Source: Cyanidioschyzon merolae
Lineage: Eukaryota
Assembly (NCBI GenBank): GCA_000091205.1
Contig: AP006495.2
Strand: one strand, 5' to 3'
DNA length: 64,000 nucleotides
Shown piece by piece: positions 23,642-36,082 of this stretch. How positions within the stretch are numbered: the stretch's first letter is position 1; each line of letters opens with the position of its first letter. The notes below the pieces were generated by a model that saw only the letters and a list, made by a program, of their open reading frames with translations, did no database searches and was not told the DNA's origin. The position numbers and the translations under genes are program-made.

Positions 23642-24406
23642 AAAGTCGTATCAGCGTTCGCCGGATAACGCACGAACGCGTTCAAAGCACCGCTTTCGAA
23701 GCGGAATGCAGTCAGGCGCGTTTAAAGAGCCGCAGCACGCAGCGAGATTGCCGCGTTGTCCAACGTGTGTCGCTGCGACAGCGCGCCAGAAATTCCTGTA
23801 CAATTGCGACGCACGTGCTGCTGCTGCTGCTGGAGGGCAGCGCTTGACGCTCCAGCAGGCTGGCGATATGCAGCACGCTCGGACGACGTCGTGGTGAATA
23901 CTATCCCGAAGGTATCCGTGGTGCAGGCTGCAACATGCGGTTTGTGGTGTTGCATGGCAGTGGGTTGCCGACCTTGCTCCCGTCGGGGTATCGGTGCATA
24001 CTCCGGTGTCCATCGCGCGATGCCGACAGCACGTGATGCATCACGCCAGAGCCGGGAAACGGAAACCTGTGTTTCCGCGCTTGTGCGACTCGGGTATTGC
24101 TGGGCATAACATCTGCCGGGATGCCTGCTGAGCACCGATGCGGCCTGTTCGCCCTAGCGTCGCAAAGCCTAGTACCCGCAACAAATGGCAGCGTCTCTTG
24201 CCAAGTAGACCTGTTCGGGGAAACAGAAAAGGCGTCAGACGTATTCACTGTGGATGCGTGTGGGCTTGCGTACCCGTTTAGGGAACGCAACACCTCACAG
24301 GAGAATGTTATGAGCAAGTTTTCACGGATTTGAAAGCGATCGCTTGCAGTCAACATCTTCGATCAGCGGGCATCGGTGGAAGCCACACTGGAGGCATCAT
24401 TCTATG

Positions 24407-24690
24407 AGCGAAAAGCATCACAGGCGCTTCCAGCAACCGCAGGCTATCCATAGGCTAGATCAGCGTCCATGCGAGCATGCCGTGTCACGAAATACCGTCA
24501 CGAGTAATCAGCTGCACAAGGTATCGATGCTTCATCCGTAGACAATACAGAATGCGAAAAGCATCACAGGCGCTTCCAGCAACCACAGGCTATCCATAGG
24601 CTAGATCAGCGTCCATGCGAGCATGCCGTGTCACGAAATACCGTCATGAGTAATCAGCTGCACAAGGTATCGATGCTTCATCCGTAGACG
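24407..24690. repeat. Tandem duplication, 2 x about 147 bp
   Basis: gcgaaaagcatcacaggcgcttccagcaacc(g/a)caggctatccataggctagatcagcgtccatgcgagcatgccgtgtcacgaaataccgtca(c/t)gagtaatcagctgcacaaggtatcgatgcttcatccgtagac occurs twice in a row. Confidence 0.85.
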
Positions 24691-24969
24691 ATAAAAAATG
24701 TATCACCAATGGCGGCCGATGCACTTTGCAGCAGAGGCCGCTGGACGGGGATGGCGACGCGCCCGGCCCCGCGAATCGTCGTAATTCGAGCACGTGTTAG
24801 AGGCCTGGCAGCACCGATGCAACGCAACGCACTATGAGCTTTGCATGAACCGCAACTGGAACGTTGGGTGAGCTAGGTGCCCGCGACTCGACGCGACGCT
24901 GCCAGACGGTAGCTGGGTCGCACCGGCTGATGCAGGAGGCAGCGCAGCGTTGTACCTTCAAGCACCGCT

Positions 24970-26247
24970 ATGGGCAGTGGTGAAGGCACTACAGGGCGGG
25001 CGAATGTTATCTACAACTTTGCGATAGGCTCCAATGTGAACACGGAACGCCTTCGTACGCGAGCGCGCTGGCTTGGTGATCAAGCCGAAATCAAGTTCCT
25101 CAGTGCTGAGCCGGCGGTACTTCGCGGCTACCGCATCGTGTTCAACACGCCGGGGTTTCCCCCCGCAGAAGCAGCGTTCTGCTCCGTGCGAGCTTGTGAG
25201 TGTGGCGGCGGTAGGCGCTGCCCGAGCGAGGTGCACGGCGTGCTCTATGCATTCGACCGTGCTTCGTACGAGTTGCTTTGGGTGACTGAAGGAGGCCTTG
25301 GCGGGCGCGAGTACGGCTCCAGTTACGTGGAGCGGCGCGTGCACGTGGAGACCTACAGGCGTCCGGGGGTGCTCCACGAGGCGATTATCTTCGAGACACG
25401 GCCCAGTCGAACAGTGGAGACCTGGTATCGACGCTGGCTACGACGTGACGTTTATCGACGACGCTGGCTCGCGAGCGAGTTCCGCTGCATTGCGACGAGT
25501 GCTATGGGTGCACTCGAACAAGAACTCGCTGCGCAACGCGTGGCGAATGCCGCGGATCAAGTTGCGTCCACTTCATGGTTGCCGAAAAACGGCAGTGCTG
25601 CACTCCCGCTGTGGTATACGCAGCATGCGCATGTGCTGGAGGTGACCCAGGCGTTGCCACAGGATCATTCCGATCGAATAGCACTGGAGCTGGAACGGGT
25701 GCTCATTCGACCGTCCATGCGATATCTGGGTCTTATTCGGGACGGCGCTTTGCAGTCCGGACTCGATGCAGACTACAGGCGGTTACTTGAAACCTATATG
25801 GTGCACTGGCGGGTCTCGTGTCCATGTGCAGCGCGACCGCAGCCACTCCAGGGGTGGCTTACGGTGTCTGTGAACATGTCGACGCCGGGGTTCTTCCGGT
25901 GGCTGTGGTGGGCGCACCTCACCGGTCGCAAGCGTGTTCTACGCTTTCTGTACCAGCTCTGGAATCGCTGGTTTCTACGGGTTCTCAGTTTCTTTGCGAT
26001 GGAGCGCGAGTTACATGCGATGCGGCTGGCGCAGCGAACGCACGCCTGTATAGGGAAACCGCAAGTGCTTCTCCACTGGGTAGCGGTGTACTTTTGCAGT
26101 GTGATAATTTTGATATGGACGCTGCCGATTGCGCTCGCTGGCCTGCTTTATGGAAGGGGCAACTTCTTTCATGTGCGAGCATCGACGCCGGCGCTTGTTC
26201 CAGGGAATGCTGCACCCGCAGCGCGGTCTGCGAATGTACACGCATAG
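24970..26247 (+). CDS. Gamma-glutamylcyclotransferase (AIG2/GGCT)-like N-terminal domain fused to a C-terminal membrane domain
   Basis: N-terminal VIYNFAIGSNVNTERL resembles the YFAYGSNM motif. GYRIVFN, HGVLYAF and the candidate catalytic Glu in LWVTEGG are present. The C-terminus carries hydrophobic segments (VAVYFCSVIILIWTLPIALAGLLYG). Confidence 0.5.
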   Translation: MGSGEGTTGRANVIYNFAIGSNVNTERLRTRARWLGDQAEIKFLSAEPAVLRGYRIVFNTPGFPPAEAAFCSVRACECGGGRRCPSEVHGVLYAFDRASYELLWVTEGGLGGREYGSSYVERRVHVETYRRPGVLHEAIIFETRPSRTVETWYRRWLRRDVYRRRWLASEFRCIATSAMGALEQELAAQRVANAADQVASTSWLPKNGSAALPLWYTQHAHVLEVTQALPQDHSDRIALELERVLIRPSMRYLGLIRDGALQSGLDADYRRLLETYMVHWRVSCPCAARPQPLQGWLTVSVNMSTPGFFRWLWWAHLTGRKRVLRFLYQLWNRWFLRVLSFFAMERELHAMRLAQRTHACIGKPQVLLHWVAVYFCSVIILIWTLPIALAGLLYGRGNFFHVRASTPALVPGNAAPAARSANVHA

Positions 26248-26479
26248 GCCCGTGACTGGTAAGCGATGCTCGTTATTCCTTGCGGGGGCTTGTTTGCGTT
26301 TGCGCTCCAGGCCTGAGTTGCTGCTGCTGGTGCTGGTGCTGAATGCTTGATGGAGACCGCACCAGGCCAGCGGTTGCCGCGACTCAAGCGAATCGCACAG
26401 GATGCCGGTAGAGGCAACAACAGACGAGCGACTCGGGCATTCGACATGCACTGATCTCTACCCATGTAAAAAATGAAAT

Positions 26480-27790
26480 GGATTACTGAACTGCTATATT
26501 GATTCCTGCCTTTCGATGGATTTCCGAACGTTTTCTCGATGTACAGACTCTGTATTCGAAGTCCAGCTGCTAGGGTTTATGGATTCATACGCAGTTTTTC
26601 GATTTTCGATCGTTGTTTCGCCGCGGATGCATCGACACATTGCTGCTGGAATTCGTTATCCTACCGGAATGATGATGATTCATGATGCTTTCAAACTACG
26701 GCACGTAAAATTACGAACTCTTATATCCTAATCAAATGTACACGTCTCCGCGCTCTTCATTTCCTAACGTTTGGCATGCATGAATCACGCATTCTGGCAG
26801 TTTTCAACGTTTCTGTTACAATGCAGCTCGTGGGCGCCTCAGTTCTCGCCGCTGGAGTGATGACGAATAAAAAACTTGACGTCGTCCGTTGACGACTTGT
26901 TCCGGAGCCCTTGCCGAAAATCCATCGAACTTTTCACGTCTAGTAATCGATTCCTTCTCAAGGACAAATCAGCCTTGCTTTGCGGATTTCAATGAAAAAA
27001 TACTCTCCATCAGCATCATAACTCTCAGAGGATAAGCTCATAGAGGAACGCGTTTGATTTATTTGCACGGAAAGGGGTCTTAGAGTCGGACTTGGGCCAT
27101 CGCACCGATCGCTTCCCCCGGTATGTGCGTCGCCGCCTCGCACGCAGGAGACCTATATCAATCGAAACTGCTCGACTTGTTCACCAGTGTGTGTTTTCAG
27201 TCCAGGACTTGCCTCATCATCCACGATATCGCATTCCATAAATCCCCTTGGGAATGGAACAGCGTTCGTCTGTGCATGCAGCAGACATTGGGCTCGTTGA
27301 GGCCATTGCCCAGAAGAAGCCCGTGATCCTGAGTTCCGGTACCGGGCATTGAATCGGAAGATGATCTCGAGGGGTGACATGTGTACCCGCCAACGACAGA
27401 TGCCGAGCGATGATGCGAGCCTTCGCGCGCTACCGTTCAGTCTGCTGAGAATGAGGAAGTGTGATGGATATATGCGAACACCTGACCGCTATCAAGTATC
27501 GCCGCTGTACATGGCGCACCGAGACTGAATACGAAGAAGATAAAGTTGAGAAGCGGTGCATAGATCGCAACCATCGTCTTTACATGAAATGCATCGACAA
27601 CCGTCAAAAGCAGCGACATCGGGACCTAAACGTTGCTATCAACATCCTTCGACTGCTGGCTACGAAGCCCGCGGGAGAGATGAGGCAGGCATATTTGGAG
27701 CCACAGATGAGAGACAGAAAACCCAAGTGACCGGAGGAAGCGCTCGCAAAAGCTGGTGTTGATGATGCCACAAAAAGACCCCAACCTCCT
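26480..27790 (+). repeat. Dispersed repeat family R1, copy b
   Basis: Carries all R1 blocks, including the distal ones: atcaacatccttcgactgctgg, gagagacagaaaa and ctggtgttgatgatgcc. Confidence 0.6.
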
Positions 27791-29812
27791 ATGCATACCC
27801 AAGAGTCGACTTTGTGGAAACGTTCCACTTTATGGTGAAATCGGTGTATGCATGCGCGGATTCTGTTCTCGGTGCCATGTTGTTTTATTCTTTTCTGCTT
27901 TGTCGTACTGCTCAGGGCACAGACTCGAGACGCAGTTCATTGGACACGGAGCCGGGACTTGTATTTATTCTTAGAGTCGTCAAGCTGCGCAAACAAGCCC
28001 ACTGCCGGCGACGGCGCGAAGCAATGTGCCACGAGACCACCACGACCAGCAAGACACCTAGACGCAGATGAATCGCTCCCAGGCCTCGGGTAAACTGCGT
28101 ACCGGTAGAGCTGCTCAAGTCGCGCCTCTGCTGAGGTGCGCGGAGCTCTCGCCCGACGGACTCATCCGGCGTCGGTGATCTCACGCTTTGGAGGTAATCT
28201 TTCGAATATACCGAAACCTTTTCCTACTTTCAACGCTATCCATAGAATGGGAAACAACTTTTATCGAGTTGCCAGATAGAAATACATTTTCGATTCGACT
28301 CTTCTGTATGATGCTGGCGAGGGATGGGATCGACATCTCAGGGCGCTGCGCGTGCGCGATCTCTGCAGGTCTACATTCTCTACTGTCAAGACATGTTCAT
28401 GCGTATCCATCTAGCAGATGAATATATCGTTTCTCAAGTTGGAATCTTTTGATGGTGTCGCGTATCGACGGAGTGCCGTTGAACGCATTTGAACGTGGCG
28501 AGTGCCTTGTGCATGTGCCTTGATTCGCGCTCGCATATGAGGGAGGCGTACAAGCCGCATTTACAGACCCACCGCCCGGGGTGCTGCTGGGCACTGTGGG
28601 AGTCAGAGCGCAGCTGAGAAACCTTCGCGTCCGAAAGCGTTCATGGCATGTACCTAGGCATATGCAGTGCACCGACGCGTGTCGCTTTGGCACAGAGCAT
28701 CCCTGCGTTGACATATGTATCGTCGAGATGAGGTTTCGGAGCTGCAATCTGCTCAATCTCCTGCTCTACCTGAGCATAAAAACGCTAATCCCGACGAAAG
28801 AACGCCAAGAAGACTTGCGTGTTCCGTTGTTCTTTCCAGAGAGGCGGGCAGGTGTGTCGCGCTGTACGGCTGCACTCGCTCACAGCGTACCCAATAGATA
28901 ACAAGTACCGATAACCTGCTGGACACGTTTGTTCAAACCTGACGGTCTCTTGCGCCGACGATATCTGAGCTGCGATGCCATGGACGCGGATTCAGCAGTG
29001 TCGCACTGAAAATTCTTGACCATAGTCGGTTGCTGTCGAGGCCTCGGTGTCGCTCACCGTCAGAGAGGCGACACTGCAAAAACGCCACGGGAGACGGCGC
29101 AGGCGTTGTGCCAGAGCTGCAGAAAGCGCCTGGGTCGATGGCTTGCCATGTCGTCGCAAAGTCGGTATGGCGCTAGGCACGCACAGCATAGGAATCGCTC
29201 ATGTCTAGTTCAGAACAATGCGCGGGATTCGCCTCCAAGCATGGCTCGTCATTGTTCCCGTGTCTGCTCAGGCCCGCGATATCCCGCTCAAGCTGGGTGG
29301 ATTCTGCGACGCAACCCGAGAATTCATCAGGATGATTGCTCCAATGCTATGGATCGTCAGACGACCCAGCGTGCGCCCTTGGTAGCGAACCGATACGCTG
29401 GGGTTGGCGGTCCTCGAGGACAGGGCAGCTGCTCATTACCGTCGAGTTTATCACTGCACCGAACGGGAATCGACCAGGGCGTAGTGTATTCCCCGAGAAG
29501 AGCAGCGCTTGCCTACCTGTTTAAGCGAGTTTGTGAATGTATCTGTCTAGCTGTCTGCCTGTTATTGTCGCCCCGCTGTAGCAAGTACATACTGGTCACT
29601 AATCCGTCTGCTAGGATGGGACACATCGCTGGTGATAGTCAGGGAGCAGGCATACCTAGTTCAGCTTGCATGGCCTGATCACTGTGACATTCACACAGCG
29701 CATTCCGGGTTCGTGCACTATGTCTGGACTGGCATCAGCATCGCTGTGAAATGCAGCGGACAGAAGCGGTACCGCAGAACGCTAAGCATCGTCATTTCTT
29801 TAAAATCATTTC

Positions 29813-32170
29813 CTAGAGCGTTTTGGTATGTCGATCGGCAACCGGGCCGCGAGGCACCACGTCATTCCCGTCCTCTGCAATCTCCTGGCTTGCAAACACG
29901 CACGGAAAATACCACATACACATTACGGCCATCCAGAGCGCAACAAGCGAGACACCAGTCGAGAAGTAGAGCTGCTCTCTCGAGATAGATTCGATGGGTC
30001 GATCATCAAGAACGACATCTTTGATGAAGTACAGACGCCATCCTTGGTTCTCGTAGCCGAGCCATACATCGCTCTCCTCAAAAGCGCCCTCAAATTCTGG
30101 ATCCGAAATCTCCGGTTCCAGCAAAATATGACTCACTCTGAGGTATCGAAGCTGGTTCAAGAGCTCCGTTCCATTCCTACCCTCACCTCGAAGCAATTCG
30201 TCCTGAAACTGTTCTCGCTCGTAACAATCCCGAAGACCGTGGGACCACACCCAGCCTAAGTGTCCGGAATACAACGTTCTTCCGGCGAGGGCACAAGCAG
30301 GAGAACTGTGCCCCTCATTTGTAAGAAACACCGAGCGCAAGTGTGTGTTCGCCTTGATCCATTCACCCACCTCTTGGTGAGCCGGTGTGAACAGCTCAGC
30401 CGTAACGCCACCCCATTCTCGACGAATCCCCAACAAGCCACTGAAAATCATGAAAAACAGGATCAGCGGGGTCAGGAGCTTGCCCAGAGGCCCACCGCGC
30501 CGCCATAAACGCACCAGCAGATACCCAACGACACCTGCAGCCTGAAAGAGCCAAATATACACGAGCTTGACGTTATCCTTGACCCATGGCGGAATAAGGA
30601 AAAGATTACAGAAAACGAAAACTGCAGCGAATGCGGGGAAGAACTTCAAACGCCAGTAATGTGAAGGCCCGCTAAAAGCCGGAGCAAGGCCCCACAGCAA
30701 GTGCACAACGCGGTTTTGGATGCGTTCCACGATCGGAAAGTATCCGCGTACTCCGAAAAGTCTCTCCAGATCTGCAAGCGCCTGTGCCAACAGCACCACG
30801 GACACAATGCCAAAAACAAGTGTATAGACTGGAACGTGTAGAGTCAGGGCGCGGAACCAGGTTCTCCAAAACCCACTGTTGAAGGATGACATTGCCGTCC
30901 AAGAGAAGCGAAGAAAGCCTCTTTGCTCCCTCGACGATGCCACCCTCCCGATGTATACCGGAAGCTGGGGCGCCGACAACGCCAAACCGATGAAAGCGGC
31001 TGTGAGCCACCCTCGCCAGAGAAGATCCATATGTGTGTACCATCGGTCGAAATCCATAATGAAGAGCACAGAGCAGAGAATCACCGCACCAACAAATGCG
31101 TGCGCCTGGAATAAGGGCAAGATACCGGCGACAAAGGCCGCCAGCCTCAACACAATAGCGCTCTGTTGAAGCGGAACACCTTCGGTCATGGCAAGAACAA
31201 GCAGCAGGATAACAATGAGGATCAGGGGAATTGCATACGTGGCCGGTCGCTGTGGCAAGAACACATGCCCAAAGTAGGCAAACCACAGGATCTCTTGTCT
31301 GCCGCCCTCACGGTCAGCTTGGACCGGATCCACATCCCAGGCTACGCACGTCGCGTGACTCCAGCCTCGCTCGATCCAGTGCTCAAAGGACCCGGTACCA
31401 CCTGCACACATGACGAGGAGAACGGAGAGCACGGCAGCGGCGCGACTGCCGGTTAAACGCCAGTTCACCGCATACAGCAGCGCCGATGCTGATACAGCCA
31501 GAAACAGTGCCGGTAGCAGAAAACTCATGCGCCAGCTCATGCCCGATACCAGCAGACACGCTGCATGAAAGTCTGGAAGTAGTGGATAAACAAGGCGCGA
31601 ACCCGCATAAAATGCTGCCTCTGTGCGACGATAGTCGAATTCCCGGTTCGTTCCATAGAGGAACGATGCCGCAATATTCATGTGGAACGGCAAATCGGCC
31701 CAGGTTGCGCCACCTGAGCTCACGCTACCATCTGGTTCGTTCCGCAGGAAACGACTCGAGACCATGGGCCAGACAATCAAAGCCGTCAATGCTGTGAAGC
31801 CCATCCCAGGCCCGTGCGGTGCTACCTTCGCGCTGCGGGCCGGCGAGTCCCTCATGGTGCCAGCTGGCTCATGACCCGCCTTTCTCCGTCGCTGCACCAG
31901 CCACACATGAAACAAGCCGATTGCAGCTTGCACTAGCCAAGCAGCTCGAACGGATCGTACGTCAAGCGTTTGGTAGCGCAGCGACGCAAACAAATACGCG
32001 AGCCACGAGGACACCGCCCAGCCCAAAGGCACTGCCACGGCAACGCGTTCGAAAACACTGGTGAGGTGACCAAGGTGCGCGTCGACAACGGCATACGTGG
32101 AAAGGAGCGCTGTGGCTATCCACCAAAAGCCCGGCGTGAGGAGCACTGGACGCCTGCTATCACCGAGCAT
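29813..32170 (-). CDS. Large polytopic membrane protein (at least 10 predicted TM helices), family not identified; possibly a GT-C-like glycosyltransferase
   Basis: 785-codon uninterrupted ORF with many hydrophobic helices separated by short loops and a soluble C-terminal domain. The GT-C suggestion is inference only. Confidence 0.55.
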   Translation of the reverse strand: MLGDSRRPVLLTPGFWWIATALLSTYAVVDAHLGHLTSVFERVAVAVPLGWAVSSWLAYLFASLRYQTLDVRSVRAAWLVQAAIGLFHVWLVQRRRKAGHEPAGTMRDSPARSAKVAPHGPGMGFTALTALIVWPMVSSRFLRNEPDGSVSSGGATWADLPFHMNIAASFLYGTNREFDYRRTEAAFYAGSRLVYPLLPDFHAACLLVSGMSWRMSFLLPALFLAVSASALLYAVNWRLTGSRAAAVLSVLLVMCAGGTGSFEHWIERGWSHATCVAWDVDPVQADREGGRQEILWFAYFGHVFLPQRPATYAIPLILIVILLLVLAMTEGVPLQQSAIVLRLAAFVAGILPLFQAHAFVGAVILCSVLFIMDFDRWYTHMDLLWRGWLTAAFIGLALSAPQLPVYIGRVASSREQRGFLRFSWTAMSSFNSGFWRTWFRALTLHVPVYTLVFGIVSVVLLAQALADLERLFGVRGYFPIVERIQNRVVHLLWGLAPAFSGPSHYWRLKFFPAFAAVFVFCNLFLIPPWVKDNVKLVYIWLFQAAGVVGYLLVRLWRRGGPLGKLLTPLILFFMIFSGLLGIRREWGGVTAELFTPAHQEVGEWIKANTHLRSVFLTNEGHSSPACALAGRTLYSGHLGWVWSHGLRDCYEREQFQDELLRGEGRNGTELLNQLRYLRVSHILLEPEISDPEFEGAFEESDVWLGYENQGWRLYFIKDVVLDDRPIESISREQLYFSTGVSLVALWMAVMCMWYFPCVFASQEIAEDGNDVVPRGPVADRHTKTL

Positions 32171-33217
32171 AACTATGAGCGCTGGCTCTTTTCACCGAAA
32201 TCCAAACTCCTCTGCTGAAAGCTCCGGCGATCCGGGACGGGTGCTGAGCGATAGCTCTCGAACGGAGGTTGTGCCTTGGTATGCCTTGCAAGGGCGTGTC
32301 GTAAGCTCCACGTCGGAAAAAAACCAGCCGGTACCCAGTACCCTCGGCTATCGGGCGCTCCAGTGGCCGGGGCAGGGAGCATTCGCATGCGCTCTGCCTC
32401 GCGAACGCTATTGAACTATGATTGGTAGCGTTTCGGTTTACACAGTGTTGAGGTTCTGACGTTTAGAGTACGGCTTCGAAATAAGTGGCGAAGATGGTGT
32501 TTATGAAGAAGGGATACTATGCGTGGAGAAACAGCCCTCTTTTGCAGCCACGGTACAACTACTTGGGGGCGTTTCCGGGTATTGGCGCGGCTTCTGTGAT
32601 CTTCCTCGGTTACCTTGGCTTTGAAAAGCTTTGGGGGAGCGTGGACAGCACGTTTCTGCGGTATAAAGAGCGGGCTGCAGCCGCGTACCGGGAGGGTTAT
32701 GCCCAAGGGATCCGAGAGACCGTCAAGACGCAGCTGGGGAACGATTCCTAATCGAGGCGGTCACGCTAGCGCAAGTCGTGTGCATTTTCAGCGAACGCGT
32801 AGGTGCCCGTCGGAACCCGACTTGCTTTGTTCCGGGCTGGCTGAGGCACTGTTTACCATGTTCGGTGGTTGGACGTTTGGAAGCAGTCGCGCGCCGCGAA
32901 CGCGTTATTCAACGAACGCACCTGTGGACACCTGGACGGCATCCAGCGCTGCGCTACTTATGTGTCACGAGGCCGGCCACCGAGGATCACCCACCGTTTA
33001 ACCGAGTCTAGCGTGTTTATGCGGCAATGTACGTATATGTGCCTCGTATGTCTCAGAGGGATTCTCTTGGCAGCGCCCGGAAGCGACTTCCAGGCGCCTA
33101 GGTGATCTCTTTCATTCGTGCGTGTTACTTCGAGAACAGCGGGACTGCCGGGTGTCTCACCAGGAGAGCCACATTCTAGGTGGCGTTGTCAAGCATGGGG
33201 CCATGAATGACCATCCG

Positions 33218-34246
33218 CTAGCTTGTTTCGACGTAAACATGGCTTAGGCTGTGGAAACGCGCCAGTTCCTTGGGATCTATAATGTACTGTTCTAACGAAA
33301 TCCACGAGGCCCGCTCCGAGACGTTCATCATTTGGTACCAGGTGTCGCCTCGCCACGAGACGATCATATTTTCCTCCAGTGAAAGCTGAACGGGTTCCAG
33401 CGACGTGTTCGGGGGCGATGCCGGCGATCCCCCGTCAGACCGCAACCCTCTCAAAAGCAAAAGGCATCCGCGACTCGATTCATTCACTGACGGAGGAGTC
33501 GCGTTAGCGTGCTTCACTGGCAGGTTGAGCAAAAGCAGACTCGTCTCATGACTCACGTAAACCAACTGATCGCTCGCAGCTCTGCTGTTATGCGATCCAA
33601 CACTCGCTTCATCGATAGCGTTTAGCACGAATGATCCCGCTCGAGTCGCACTGTCGTTCACCGCGTGGAGATGACGCACCCGAAACATATTCGCGGCAGC
33701 AAGGCGCATGCTCGCACGCGTATCGAGCAAGTTGAACGCGTCAAGAGCACAACGAACACACCGAGCAACGCGCTTCGAGGCGTCTGGATCGACTCGCGAG
33801 GGAACTCCTGGCAATAATAGAGCTGCAGCAAAGTCCAGGACATCCTCATCGGACTTGGTCGAGTCATGCGCAATGCGCGTTAAGTGATCCCGCCTCAGTA
33901 TGGCGCTGAAAGAGCCCTCCTCGTTCAGGCACTCCCGAACCGCAGCGAAACGATCTTCAGAGAGCGCGTGCTTCCGAACCCTGTAGAGCTCCTGATCCGA
34001 TGTACAAGTCACTCGAACATTGTTGCTCGAAAAGGGCGTAACGGTGATTCTATAGGCGACGTAAAATAAAGCGCAAACAATTGCAAAGCGGAAAACCAGC
34101 AAGCTGGGCGACACTCGCGGTCCTCTTCGGACTTCGCCGGGCGCCAAGCCGGCCCCTGTCGACACTGAGGCGACGTCAGAGGTGACACCTTCCGCAGCGT
34201 TCGCCGCGGAACGCCGCGGCCGCAGGATCCCGGTTGTTTCAGCCAT
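33218..34246 (-). CDS. Hypothetical type II membrane (signal-anchor) protein with a luminal domain
   Basis: 342-codon ORF. Single N-proximal hydrophobic segment (LLVFRFAIVCALFYVAYRI). No recognisable motif. Confidence 0.4.
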   Translation of the reverse strand: MAETTGILRPRRSAANAAEGVTSDVASVSTGAGLAPGEVRRGPRVSPSLLVFRFAIVCALFYVAYRITVTPFSSNNVRVTCTSDQELYRVRKHALSEDRFAAVRECLNEEGSFSAILRRDHLTRIAHDSTKSDEDVLDFAAALLLPGVPSRVDPDASKRVARCVRCALDAFNLLDTRASMRLAAANMFRVRHLHAVNDSATRAGSFVLNAIDEASVGSHNSRAASDQLVYVSHETSLLLLNLPVKHANATPPSVNESSRGCLLLLRGLRSDGGSPASPPNTSLEPVQLSLEENMIVSWRGDTWYQMMNVSERASWISLEQYIIDPKELARFHSLSHVYVETS

Positions 34247-34663
34247 GAGGCACCAAGCAGTTCAAAACACACTGAGACTTGATCAAGTCTTCAGCACATG
34301 AAAGAGGCACTGACTCCTAGAAGGAAACAGGCATGCAAAAAGGTTCTGCAATGCGGAGGGTGCAGCGGCGCGCACCCGTTGCGCTATGCCGCATGACGCG
34401 CCCGCTGGTAATCATCATCGTGACGATAATGATGATGCACAGCGCCGCCAGGGCCTCACGTGCAGCGATCGCAGGCAGATATAGGTAGCTTTGTACTACG
34501 TGAACATCTGTGCACAAACGCCCGCCGTTCGCGCTGGACGCGCTCTGCTGTTTTGGCGAGCGCGTGCTCGTTGAGGCAACGCAGGTGCGCTGTTCCCGTT
34601 GACGCATTCCGGACGCTGGTGTGCGGCCGCATCCCAATTTTCGTTGAACTGCTTCCATGACCC

Positions 34664-35710
34664 GTGCAAGGGGTAACTAGACACAGTGTTCTCGGAGTGC
34701 AAGCGCGGAATCGTGCTGGAATGGCGAACATAAACGGGAACGCAGGGCTTGCTTGGCGTGGCACGGACAAGGGACCTGCTGAGAGGTCTGCGCTGAACGT
34801 CGGCGCAAGCACTGGTCTACCTGCGTGGTTGCTGCTCCCGGAACACGTTTGGTTCCGGATTTTCTGGTGGGCATCCGCAGAAGGCAATGACTTAGCGTGG
34901 CTGAGCCAGACTGCCGCCTTGGTTTGCACTCAATGGAACTATCTCGTGCGAAAAGTTGTATATCCCCGGCTGGTACGCCTGAACCTGACGAGCATCGAAC
35001 ACCAATGGAAACGCTGCCGATTGCGTTTGCGAGCGTCAGAAGAAAATGCTGAGGTTATTCAGGAAACGGATAAGCACATAGCCGGTTTCCTTGAGCGCCT
35101 CTTCAGAGACTGTAGTTGTGCCCGCTGTCTCGTTGCGACGGACTGCTACCGGCTCGTGCGCGACAGCGTGGTGCAGCATATTCACGTGTATCCACCACGT
35201 TTAGTGGAGCTGCATTTCTCCAATTGTGCGCTACTCTCGGACGTAGGCGTTGGTTTCATGCTGCAACGCATAGCGGCGCACCAGGCTGGGGAACAAACCT
35301 GGATTCACACGCTGACGTTCTTCGCCGAGAAGCTCACGAGCCGCGCGGCAGCCGAGATTGCACGTCGTTGCCCTTTTCTGCAGCATCTGGAGTTGCAGTA
35401 TGCTCGTCTGGACGACGAAAGTCTGCGCGAACTCGGAAAGCTCAGATTTCTGCGACAGCTCAAGGTGCGCGGCTCCGAGGCAGTCACTGACGCGGGGATC
35501 ACGTACTTGGCGCATCTGGAGTTCCTTGACATTGCGCTCTGTCCACAGATAACCGACCGAGCACTCTTCACTCTCGCTCATAGTGTACATTTGCGCAGAC
35601 TCTTACTCGCGCATCAGCGGTACAACGTATGGTGTACTGGAAAGTGGACGGAAAGTGGGCTCAGTGCGCTCCGCGAGGCCGGCGTTGATCTTCACTTTAT
35701 CGATGTATAA
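34664..35710 (+). CDS. F-box / leucine-rich-repeat (RNI-like) protein
   Basis: F-box-like LPEHVWFRIFWW...VCTQWNYLV, followed by LRR units (LQHLELQYARLDDESLRELGKLRFLRQLKVRGSEAVTDAGITYLAHLEFLDIALCPQITDRAL). Confidence 0.6.
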   Translation: MQGVTRHSVLGVQARNRAGMANINGNAGLAWRGTDKGPAERSALNVGASTGLPAWLLLPEHVWFRIFWWASAEGNDLAWLSQTAALVCTQWNYLVRKVVYPRLVRLNLTSIEHQWKRCRLRLRASEENAEVIQETDKHIAGFLERLFRDCSCARCLVATDCYRLVRDSVVQHIHVYPPRLVELHFSNCALLSDVGVGFMLQRIAAHQAGEQTWIHTLTFFAEKLTSRAAAEIARRCPFLQHLELQYARLDDESLRELGKLRFLRQLKVRGSEAVTDAGITYLAHLEFLDIALCPQITDRALFTLAHSVHLRRLLLAHQRYNVWCTGKWTESGLSALREAGVDLHFIDV

Positions 35711-36082
35711 TGAGGCCTCCAGTCCGCAGTGATGCACGTGCGTGATACGACGTCGTTATGGTAAGCGATAGAATGACTGGGTCTAAACATCATGGAAGCA
35801 TATTTTTCGACCCGATGCGACGCTTGGGCAGCTGCATGCAACGTTCGCACAAGCGTCATCCGCAAGGACCCCATCCGGGACGCAATGTACGATTCCCAGA
35901 CGCTCGCCCAGGATCGTAGGGTACTGCGCAGATAACAACGATCACGCGCTGGTACGTAAGTGTTGCGTCGTGCACGACCGACGGGCTGCTTTGTGAATGG
36001 TACGCATCGCAGTGTGAGCGTCTATTCGCGGAAAGGCGTTTCAGCGCAGCATCGAGCTGCAGCCGCTTCTCTGAGCAAGCAA

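Noticed and set aside
24407-24690. Possibility that the tandem repeats (24407-24690, 36083-36440, 43790-44215, 51449-51773) are CRISPR arrays
   Set aside because: The units are contiguous with no unique spacers. The unit lengths (48-147 bp) do not fit the repeat-spacer architecture. The genomic context is unambiguously eukaryotic (Sm, DCP1, cyclin, DEK, F-box).
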